Shown here: piece by piece, positions 14,579-25,308 of the stretch
Layout: each line of letters starts with the position of its first letter
How positions within the stretch are numbered: position 1 is the stretch's first letter
Source of the DNA: the human T2T-CHM13v2.0 reference genome, Homo sapiens
Assembly (NCBI RefSeq): GCF_009914755.1
Contig: NC_060935.1
Reading direction: 5' to 3' (one strand)
Length of the DNA stretch: 64,000 bases
The notes under the pieces: generated by a model
What the model was told of the DNA's origin: nothing
Database searches by the model: none
The model's input: the letters and a program-made list of their open reading frames with translations, nothing else
Position numbers and translations under genes: made by a program

Positions 14579-17487
14579 GTGATCAAGGAAGAAACTAAGG
14601 CACGGAAGTGAAACAACTTGCCCAGGGTCACACAGCTCCCAAGTGAAGTTATGAGGAATTACAGCCAGGCAGCCCCACCCCGTGCTGTGCTCTCACCAGT
14701 AAGCCTGGCTGCATCTCTCACATCCCAGGGCACTGAGTATGCATAAGGCACAACCGCATGTGTACAAGCCTCTCATTTTACAGTAGAGGAAATAGAAACA
14801 TAGTGTGACTTGCTTGAAGGCCTAGGTCAGTAAGAGGCAAATCAATCTGGGACTCAATTCAGACTCCAAAGTCTGGGCCCTTCACTGCTTTGCTACATCG
14901 CTGACTCATTCTCTCCCTGTGCTCTAAACACCGAGATGGAGTCAGCAGCCGGACACCATGGGGGACTCGGAGGAAATCAAAGCCCCCTTCATACAGGCTC
15001 TTCTGCCAACTCCAGGACAGGTGCACCAAGCTCCCCAAGACCAGTGACCTAGACTCAAATCCCTCTTGGTGCCTTCTCTCCTTCATGTATTAGCCTTTGC
15101 TGAGCTGACCCGCCCATCCTTTAGAAGAGCATCGCAGTGTACTCTGCGGCTTCTCTATTCAGCTGAGCTTATTGGTCACCAGCAGGTGACACTTATAAAG
15201 GCCCTCCCTGGGCAGCAGAGCTCTCTGTGCCCTCTTCTTCCATCCCCAGGAGCAGCAATAATGGCTCTTTAAAATCAGTGGCACCTCTAGGGTGGGGAGA
15301 GCCAGCAAGCAGCATTTAAACAGAGTAACAGCAACCTTTGGAGGAAGATACACCCCTGGGTGTCAGTGCCTGCTCTTTCACTGTGGTCGTGAACACTCAC
15401 TGGCCTAACAAATGTAAAGTGTCTGGACACCATAGGCCATTAACAAACAAGACCTATAACAAGTGTTGTTCTTGCTATGAGTTTGACCCTAGCTGCCATC
15501 TGAATGGGGCCAAGTACTGACCTGTATTTGCTACCTTGGATTCTGTAATTCTTTATAGGAAAAGCACAGGCCTGGGGCTTGAGCAAAATGGGACTTAGTC
15601 ATTATTGAGCTTAGTTATTATTGAGCTGTGAATTCTGGACTCATGGAGACCTCTCAGTGAAAGGACACACATTCACAGGATTCTCATGGGGACCTAGAAA
15701 GCTCACAGATGAGAATAAGCTTGAGGTGTTGTGGAAAAGTCAGACCTATTACTACAGCTGCATAAGAGTAGAAATAGAGGCGAAGCATCTACCCACTGAC
15801 CTGTCGGACAAAGGATGAATACTGATGGTGAGGTGGGATAAGGACAAAGCTGAGGATGTGCAACCAAGTGTCTCTGGTTTGTTTCAGAACTTCCCATTCT
15901 TGGGATGCCAACCCAGGAATGTCTTGGCAATTGATTACCTTGGTTCAGTCCTCAGACTGGAGGCAGATGGAGTGGGACACAGATGTAAACTCTTCTGAGC
16001 AATAGTCATCAACATAAATTGTCCTCTGGGGCAGCTCTGTTGGCAAGGGGGCGGTTGGTATTTCCATTCTTAAGGAAACCTTCAACTCAATCCTCCTGTT
16101 GACTTTTCTGTGGCCTGCTGTACCAGACGTCTGTTGTGAAGCCCTTCCTCTTGGGTATTGTACACTGAAGACATTCTCCTAAACTGAAAATTCCCCCAAC
16201 TCACATCTTGCACATCAAAGCCAGACTTGGGAACCCTGCTAGAAAGCAGGGTACCCAAAGGTTGGATGTAGCCCCAAAATGCTGACTCTATTCATTGAGA
16301 ACAACTTGGAAATTTTCTGCCTTGGTAGAAATGGGGACGGTTCTGATATATCAAAGGAATTCAAATACAAATTTTAAACCTGTATGGCGGGATCTATCAT
16401 TTGCCCATCATTTATAGAGCACATATTGTAGACACCATGAGAGGTACAGGGAAGACAGCAATGCCTATGAAGTGCACAGTTTTATGGGAGAGACACACAC
16501 AAGCAGGAAATGATTTAAGAATATGTCCTGGGTGCTGAGGAAACATCACAAAGGGGTGGCTCTTCCAGCTGGGGGAGTCAGGTAGAGCTTTCAGTAGGAG
16601 GAAGTGGAACAACTCTACCTTGTTCCTCTTACTACTTAAGGCTAGGGTTGCCTTTCTCAGGCGTGCGAGAAAAAAAAATTTTTCATTTCCAAAGCTTGCT
16701 CTGTTTCAGTTTTACCAACTCTCTTGGCTTTAATAAAATGGTTAAAGAGATAGGAAGCAGCCCTCATCCTTCAGACTACCCAGGTGTGGAAACTGATTAA
16801 ACACCACCTGACAAGCTCAATCAACCCTTGCTGCTTCAGTTGCTTCTCTCAGTAGAAATTCATCCTACAATCTCATCACTAAATAAATCCCACAACCAGA
16901 AGAGGTTTCGTCCCTGCTCTACATGCAGCCCTTTTCTTTCTCAGCTCTAAGTGAGATGTTGAGACTTCTCTCAGCTGGTGAATAACTGAATCATTCAGAA
17001 AAGTCCTCAGTCACTATTTTTGGCCTAAAGGTCCTTAGTAGTATTGATATTACTGGCTATTACTAATAAACCTTCAGAGAAGCATTCCTTGACTGTCATT
17101 TAAATTAGCCCCGTCACACCATCCCATTACCCTGCCCTTTAAAAAAAATATTTTAAACAACACTCATTACCAAGAGAAAATCCTTGCTTATTTACTTTTT
17201 CTCATTTCCTCCACTGGATTATAAACTTCATGAGAGGAGGGCTTTTCCCCTTGTTCATCACTTAGTCCACAGCACTTTTAACAGTGGTGGGTACAGGGTC
17301 AGTGCTCAATAATTGTTGAATGAATTTACTATTTATTGAGCATTTACTATGTGCTAAGATCTTTCAATCTATAGTCTCATTTAATTCTCATACCACCCAT
17401 ATAAGCTAGGTGCTCTTACTATGTCCCATTTTGCAGATGACAAAATTGAAGGTTAGAATGGTTAAGAAAATTGCACCAGGCCACTCA

Positions 17488-17830
<343 letters not shown>

Positions 17831-19069
17831 ATGGCAAAGGTAGGCTTCAAACTCTCATGGTGAATCCAAAGTCTTGTGCATGTTACCACTAGGATAGAGC
17901 AATCCTTTTGTACACCCTGGATACTTCTTTGGAGCAAGAATATTCTCACCAATATCCTATCACTTAATCAAGAATCTAGAAATTGAGGAAGATTTTCTAA
18001 AATGCCACAGACACTCACAAAAGCTTAGTAAGAAGAATGACCAAGAAGAAACCTAGTAGTGATGCTCAGCATCAAACTCACCTATGGGAAGTGATGGGGG
18101 AGAGGAGGGAGAGAGAGGAGAGAGGAGAGTAGGGAGGGATATGAGTGGATGCGAAAAGTTTCTATTTTGTGCAAACTACCTGTTTATAAATACTGCTCTA
18201 TTAAATTGGTTTCTCTACCTCCCGTAAGGAAGTCATGAAGATATCATCATTTAATGGCCTTGCCATGGGATTGGGGACATCAATACCAAATGAGCAACAA
18301 TATATAACTCCTGCTGCTCTACGGAGCTGGGATCATGTTTTGTAAACACTGCAGAACTTTTATTATCCATCTTGTGCTGAGCAAAACCATATTTGTCCTG
18401 CATTCTGAGTAATGGACAGGAATAGATGGATTACGGCCCTTAAATTCTTGGTTGGAAGACATTAAGTTTAAAAGCCCTATATAGCTGAGTCAAATGCATG
18501 TGCCCATGCTGTATAATTAGCAGGCATATCAACAATAAATTTATAATTTAAAGGGAAGACCAGCAGGACAAGAATTCTAACCAGCACTCTCCTTCCCATA
18601 CGCAGTCATTCCCCAGTTGGTCTTCAGCTGTGTAAACCGTTACCTTGCTGGCCTTGGGGTAATTTTAATATAACAAAGGTTTGGACCACTCCATTTTGTT
18701 CCTAAGCAGTGTATGCTTCCCTCTGAAGCCAGCTTTCAGACATAAGTAATTCATTGCCCCTCTACTAAACATTCATTTCACTTTGTCTAAAGGGACTTAA
18801 TAAATCAGCCTGGTTATTGTTTAATGTGGCCACCCCCTGGTTTTCATGTATAAAAAATGAGCATCCAGTTGCTAAGTGGAAGTGAATGGTCACCTCGCCT
18901 GCAAGAGAGTTCCCTGGAGACCCGAGAAGGTACAGAGGGAGACACTTTGACTCTGAGCATCCGGGGAGCTTTGTTGTCTGCCACAGAGAATCCTGCTCTC
19001 TTGACTACCCAGGATTAAGGAGGATTGTTTGGAAAGGGGGGGCAAGGAGGAGGTTAAAACATGGGGTCG

Positions 19070-19210
19070 TGGCTGAGTGTGGTGGCTCACGCCTGTCGCC
19101 TGTAATCCCAACATTTTGAGAGGCCGAGGCAGGAGGACTGCTGGAGCCCAGGAGTTTGAAACCAGCCTGGGCAACATAGCAAAACCCTGTCTCTATTTAA
19201 AAAAACAAAA
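19070..19210 (+). mobile_element. FLAM/Alu left monomer
   Basis: Monomer followed by an A-rich tail. Confidence 0.85.
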
Positions 19211-21436
19211 GGTGGTGGTGGAGCTGGGGGGTGGGGGTGGGGGGGTAGGTGGTGCCAAAAGACCAACTTATAAAGGAAATCCCAAGGAATGCTGACCCTA
19301 GATAAGAAATAGTTCTTTGGTTGGAAGCCCTTTAGCAGAAGACATCTGTTTTCTAGCAGCTTCTGGCCACTTCGCATCTTCAGGGTGTCCTGGGCAGGGA
19401 GTTGGTCTTCCTTATTTCAATTTGCAGTTAGAAAAGCTGGGAGAAGCTTCTCAATGTGCTGGGCACCTGTTCTGCATGAATATATGTTTTTGTTTTGTTT
19501 TGCATTTACAGTTCCACCCTTATTCTTGTTTGGCTTATAGGGTTAGGTCTTCAGTCTTTTCTCCTAGGAGCCTGCCTTTACTTCTTTGAGTTCAGTTTGG
19601 GCCTCCTCTCAGCCAAAAGTACAGAACTCTTTCCCTCAATTATGACCACTGGAGATGGAAATCCCCTGGCCCTCCACTTCCTGCCCTGGAGCTGCTGTTC
19701 CCAGTGTTGATGCCACAAACCTGGAGGGTGAGGCACAACAAGCAGCTGTGACATCATCAACTGAGATTCAGGACTGACCTTAGCTCTGACCTAAGAGGAA
19801 GAAAATTAAGCAGCAGATGCTCTTCAATTCCCAGCATCTCCTTTGGCAGTGCCAGAATTTAAAAACAAAACCAATAATGTCAAAGTAAGCCATGCTTGGT
19901 ACAGAGTGTCTTCAAAATGGGCCTAACATGTCAACTGTTCTCGAAAACTGGGCTAATCAAAAAACAAAGCATAAGATCTGAGAGCTATAGTCCAGTAAGA
20001 AAAACAAACAAACAAACAACAACAACAAACCAGAAAAACAAAGCTGTTTCTTCTCCACCAGCATCTAGAACCTTAAAGGGGCCTACCTGGATTCAAACTG
20101 GATTCAAATTCCAGTTTTGCCATTTAACATCTATGTAATGTTGGGCAGATTATTTAACTGCTGGGTACCTTGGTTTCCTTATCTGTAAAATGGGCATCAT
20201 ACTATGCAGTAAGTACCTACCTAATAGGCTTGCTAGGAGTACTTGAGTTAAATACAAAGTGCTGAGAATAATGACGACACATTAAGGGTTATTTTGCATT
20301 TCAGCTATTATGATTATGTTAAACCATGTTTTGACTTCTTTTATCCCTTTCCAGTCCCCACCTGACCTCTTCCACTGCCTGCTTATTTGCCACTGAAAGC
20401 TGCCCCCCAAATGGCCTTCCAATCAGATCGTAAGGCTGTTTAACCATAATACCATTCTGAACAGTTTATGGTGCTGACTTCTCAAACTGAAGTCTTGTAG
20501 GTAGTTTGCAGTTGAATGCAATGTCACACCCCCTAACATTGTCAGGGAAAAGGTCATGTGCTTTGTTTCCATCCTTTGCACCAAATCCATGCTATCTTCA
20601 GGGAAGTGCAACCACCCAATGGTTCCTTTCCCAGACTTGACCCCATGCGGTTACCTATCTCTTCCCCTTGATGGGCCACCACTCTTTTCAGGAAAGAACA
20701 TTTAATACAATGCAAGGTTTTAACCAATGGCTCACTTGGTTGGTGACAGCTTGGAAAAATCAGGTCTCAGGAGACAATCTGTGGTTACTTTTCTGGGAAG
20801 GGGAGTCGGGGTCCCCAGGTTTCATCATTCCTGGGCACATATAGGTAAGAGCGAACCACTACCCCTCCATCCCCCAAGAGAGCGCCTGACAGCATCCTTC
20901 AGCCCAGCAAAGCACAAGGCGCAGCACCAGATCTTGGGCTTCCCACTTCCCTCCGCCCATCTTACTTATCCAAGGTTCAGGTCTTTAAGTTGGGACCCTT
21001 TGGTTGCTGCTATTGAGCTGGGGAAAACTAGGGGGCAGAATCAGTCAATCTAACCAGCTGTTGGGGAAAGACAGCAGCTAGAGACCTAGTCAATCACGGT
21101 AAAGAGCCACGGGGCAGTAAGTTTCATTTCAAGAGAGGTTCAGGAATGGCTTGGTCAAGAGATTCAATCTCACCCAATCAATGAACAGCCCGCAGATAGT
21201 AACAATGCCACGCAGAACAGGATGGAGATCATTCACAAGTTTACCCTCCAAAAGTCAGACACCCTTAGAACAATCTCTGGCAAGTGCCATGTAATGAACC
21301 CTATCCTCAGACCAAACGTTTTCTCCCAAAGAACTGGCACAGCCACCAGCTTTGTCTCAGGAAATTCACTCCCCCAGTAGCCCAGGGCGGGATTTCTTGC
21401 CTACCCAGTCTGCCAGTCCGAGGCCCGCGCGCTTAC

Positions 21437-22319
21437 CATTGGCGTTCTTGCCGCAGATGAGATGCTCATAGGGCTGCAAGACGCCCCAGAGCTCGGCGTC
21501 GTTGTTGATGACCATCTCCAGGGCCTCAGCAGACACCTCCCCGCCTCCGGCCCCTCCGCCATCAGGGCTGTGGCTGGCCATCACCCTGGCCCGGATCTCC
21601 TCCACCAGGTTCTCCATGCAGGCGGTGAGGGAGATGGCTGCGTACTCGTGGATGCGCACGGAGATTCGGGTGTCCACCATCCAGCGGAAAAAGCGACCCA
21701 CTGAGAAGGTGAGGCCGCAGCGCGCGGACTTGCCCCGGCGCAGCCCGTCGCCGGCGCTCATGCTGTACAGGGACAGCGCCTTGACGGCTGCCAGCGCGCA
21801 GCTCTCGGCCAGCGCCCAGCTGTGCACCAGGCGCACGGCGCTCTGCACCTCAAAGCGGGTGCACTTGGCGTGCAGCACGCTCAGGCGCTGCGCCTCGCGG
21901 GCCACGCGGATCAGTGCCCTGCGGAGCAGCCCGGCCAGGCGCCTCACCGCCTCGGCGGAGAACTGGGGCAGCCGCCGGCCGCCAGCGCCTTTGCGGAGCA
22001 CCCGGGCCACGTCTCCTTCGGTCCAGGGGAACTCCTCCAGCTCGGGGAGCCGCGGACAGCGCGAGAAGAGGTCGGCCACTTCGGGGTCCTCGGGCAGCAC
22101 CGTGTTCACCGTGTCCCAGCTGTTGTGGCGGCTGTTCATGGAGCCGGAGTAGCACCACCAGGCCGCCCCGCGGTGCTGCTGCGCCGAAGAGTTGAGCGCC
22201 TGCGAGTTGGACTTGGAGGACGAGAGGCTGAGCGAGCGGCACGAGTCCCCGGCCCCATACCCGGAGTCCAAGGTCAAGTCCTCCAGCGTCTTCAGAGTCG
22301 AGCTGTACGTCCCGGCCAT
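21437..22319 (-). CDS. ABTB2: ABTB2 coding exon 1 (294 codons + 1 nt): N-terminal low-complexity region and tandem histone-fold domain; remaining exons lie outside the window to the left
   Basis: Translation [22 protein letters not shown]...LICGKNAN recognised as the ABTB2 N-terminus. ATG at 22319; canonical donor AATG|GTAAGC at 21437/21436; lies in a CpG island. Confidence 0.96.
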
Positions 22320-22789
22320 GGGGAGCCTGCCGAGGGCGGCGTCGCCGAGCGAGGGGCACTCACAACTCCATGCCCTCTTTCCCAAGTGGGCAGAAACAAG
22401 CTCTAGGCCCTCCGGGCCACCCTCCTTCCTCTCTGCGTCGCGGGGCTCGGCGGCCGCATTGCCTGCCCGGAGGCCGCGGGAAGGTGGCCGAGATCCGTGG
22501 CCAGCAGGAGCCCCACGCTCCCGGCGTCCCGACTCGCAGCTGCCACTGGAAAGAACCCCGTCGCTACCCCCCGGCACTCCCCCTTGTCCACCTCTAATTC
22601 CCACAAGCAGAGAGTCAGTCCTCCACAGAGAAGGAATCCCGGGAGAACAGGGCGGCGGCGGCAGAAGGAGGAGGCGGCGGCGCAGGGCGCAGGGCGCAGC
22701 GCGAGTCCGGGACCAGCCGGCGAGAAAGCGCTCTGCAAACTTCTGCGCTGCGCCGGCCGGCAGCACAGCTGGGTACCCGGCTGCGTCCG

Positions 22790-22925
22790 ACATGCAAATA
22801 ACCCCGGGCGGCTTACCAATCACCGGCCGCGATGGGCGGGGCTGCACCAATGATCTCCGAGGGGGCGGTCACTATGCAGATTTCACTCTGCCTCGGGTTA
22901 AACCCCGCGGCGAAGGAGGCGGGGC
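22790..22925 (-). promoter_or_regulatory. ABTB2 proximal promoter: octamer, two CCAAT boxes, GC boxes
   Basis: ATGCAAAT 22792-22799; CCAAT 22816-22820 and 22847-22851; GGGCGG-type boxes at about 22834, 22863 and 22918; no TATA seen. Confidence 0.7.
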
Positions 22926-22952
22926 TGGAGGCCGAGGGTCGGGCACGCGGCT

Positions 22953-23006
22953 GGGATGGGGGTGGGGATGGGGGGGGATGGGGGGGATGGGGGGGTGGGG
23001 GAAGGG
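22953..23006 (+). other. G-quadruplex-forming G-run array
   Basis: Eight runs of 3-8 G with 1-2 nt loops (GGGATGGGGGTGGGGATGGGGGGGG...). Confidence 0.8.
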
Positions 23007-23679
23007 CGAGCCAGCCAACTGGGAGGTGGAGGTGGAGACCGGAAAGCAGCGGTCGAAACGATAGCTCCGGAGCTCACGATTTAAAGAAAAATGCAAAGGA
23101 AAAGCTACAGGGCGCTGCCACCTTCCCGCCACCCAGGCTTTGGGCGTTCGCTGCTCGCTTTCGAGCCCTCCGCAGCCAGGCGTCCTGGGGTTGGGGCCAG
23201 GAGAATGGGGAGGGCCCCATCCAGGCGCTCCACCTCTCCTCCACCTTCCGCCAGGCCCCTCCCGCAATCCGAGATGAAACGCTGGCTGTGTTTGGAGGGA
23301 GGAGGGAGTCCCTGCCTCTCTTTCCAAGTCCGTCTGGTTCCTTTGCGCTGCCGTCTAGGCTCCAATAAGGACAGAATTTCTTAACCTGGTATCTGATCAA
23401 TGGACGGGCCCCAGGAAGCCTGTGAGTGCCTCCGCCCATTTGTAGTTTCACCTGCAGTTTTCTGAGTGCCACTATGGGGAAGGGGCACCAACTTTTGTCA
23501 GATTCTCAAGAGGATCCGTGACTTCCCTGTTACCTCTGTGTGACGATACCACTTGCTGTCAGGTGGGTCCTTTTTGTCCGAGATAGACAGTGTTCTTACA
23601 GGAAGAATGAGAAGAAGGTGGCAGAGCAGTCCCTCGCCCTGGGCTGAGCTCGGAACACCTAGCTGGATGCAGGTGTTCG

Positions 23680-23960
23680 CCTCCTAACGCGTGCCGGTGG
23701 GCGAGCCGTATGCCCCCGCGGGACCCAGTTCCTCCGGGGTACAATGAGTGGCTGACCTCCAGGCAGCGCCAGTGCCAACCTGCCTCCGGGCGGGTGTCCC
23801 AAACGGTCCGCCAGAGCGCTGTTGGTTCAGCAGTCCCATGCCCGGTGCAGGCATGTCCCGCCGCTGCCCTGTGGCTACTCACACGCACGTGCGCGAACGG
23901 ACCTGTGCCCCCTCCAGTGGAACCGCAGGCTCAAGGCGGGGATTGTGCATTCGCTCTCCC
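23680..23960. promoter_or_regulatory. Second CpG-rich block upstream of the promoter, with an E-box palindrome
   Basis: CpG retention; CGCACGTGCG at 23884-23893. Confidence 0.5.
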
Positions 23961-24389
23961 CAAGTCAGCCTCCCCCACTCCTGAATGGCTCCTTTGTGTT
24001 GCATTTTACACAGTTCTGACCTTGGGCCGTGAGTTGGATATGAACTAGAAATGTCTGGTTTGTCTCTTTCCTTCTTAAATTAATGGCCTTTACCCCCGGT
24101 GAAACTGCTTTTTATTTGGCAGTTTCGCTTAATTTTGCCTTTCCGCGGGTCTTTATTTATGCAACATCGCCGCCCGATGGTTAGAATTGGGAACAGAGTC
24201 AAAGATGGAAGTACTGTAATACCAAAGACGCAAGTCAGCAGAGATCAAACTAACAAAGGAGAACGCAGTCACACTTTACAGACGTGAGATTAGAAATTAA
24301 AGTAGGCAATGAGGTCCAACTTGTCAAAAATACAAAAGTAAATTTTATGCAATTTAAAACTTTATTGGGGAAATATAATATTAAAGGCA

Positions 24390-24408
24390 ATGTCGCCCTC
24401 TAATGGAT
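24390..24408 (-). promoter_or_regulatory. Candidate CTCF site
   Basis: TCCATTAGAGGGCGACA resembles the CCASYAGRKGGC core, with its CpG retained in an AT-rich context. Confidence 0.4.
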
Positions 24409-25257
24409 ATATTCAAAGGAAATGAATTTCAGAAAGGTTTCCCTGTCCCCCCTTTTCTTCGTTGTGCGCACCCATCAAACCTAAAGAGAATTACTTAACT
24501 GGAAATTTACAACGGGGAACTTACTGAATGAAAGGTTATTGGAGGAATCATCTGGAGTGGGAAAAAGAGCCTATGGGATTTATATTAATATATTCAAATT
24601 ACTTGATGACTTAAAGTGTAGATAATCAAACATGCCTCCAACTGAATCTGAGAATCCTGTGAATGTTGACCTGCAACATGAAGATATATTATGCAAAATT
24701 CAGCCATGGGAAATGCTTCTGAACAAACAACTGAGTTTCTTTAATAAATAAGTTTCAAGGAAAGAAAGAGATGGAGAGAAGACCTACACATTTAAAGAGA
24801 CTTGAAAGACATAATAACCAATTACAAGGTGTGGAACTTATGTGTATTTTGAATTTGTTTTAAAAAGCCAGTAAACATTTGACATTATGAAACCATTAGG
24901 AACACTGCCTCGATGTTTGCTCTTAAAGAATAACTGTTTTTTTTTTTTGATGTGGTAATGGTAGTGTGGTTATATTTATCAAATGTTCTTATCTTTTAGA
25001 GACACATGCTGAAATAAGTGTTTTGTAGCCCTCAAGAGTTGGCTTCCTCAAGGAAAAAAGGAAGACAAATCCTCATGGAAAAATCTGGTAAAGGGACTAG
25101 GAAGTTAGGAAAGACTGTAGATAGATCTCTTGTCTTTCAAATTTTCCTCAGTCTTCTAGTCAGCCTGAGGACTGGCAGTACCAAGTAAACCCAGAATGTG
25201 TCTGTGTTTGTGTTTTGTGTGATATGGGAAAAAGAATAGGAGGAAGATAGATAGAGA

Positions 25258-25260
<3 letters not shown>

Positions 25261-25306
<46 letters not shown>
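25261..25306. repeat. (AT)23 perfect microsatellite
   Basis: Direct read. Confidence 0.97.

Positions 25307-25308
<2 letters not shown>

Larger units (their letters stand above)
21380..23360. promoter_or_regulatory. CpG island spanning ABTB2 exon 1 and promoter
   Basis: Abrupt rise in GC and CpG density against CpG-depleted flanks. Confidence 0.93.

Noticed and set aside
21366-21436. ORF continuation GKRAGLG...LLGE*
   Set aside because: Read-through past a canonical GTAAGC donor into the intron.
21502-23472. Long antisense and overlapping ORFs in the CpG island (216, 194, 290, 178 and 151 aa)
   Set aside because: Low-complexity Arg/Pro/Gly/Ala products expected from stop-poor GC-rich DNA and coding-strand shadows; no recognisable domain.
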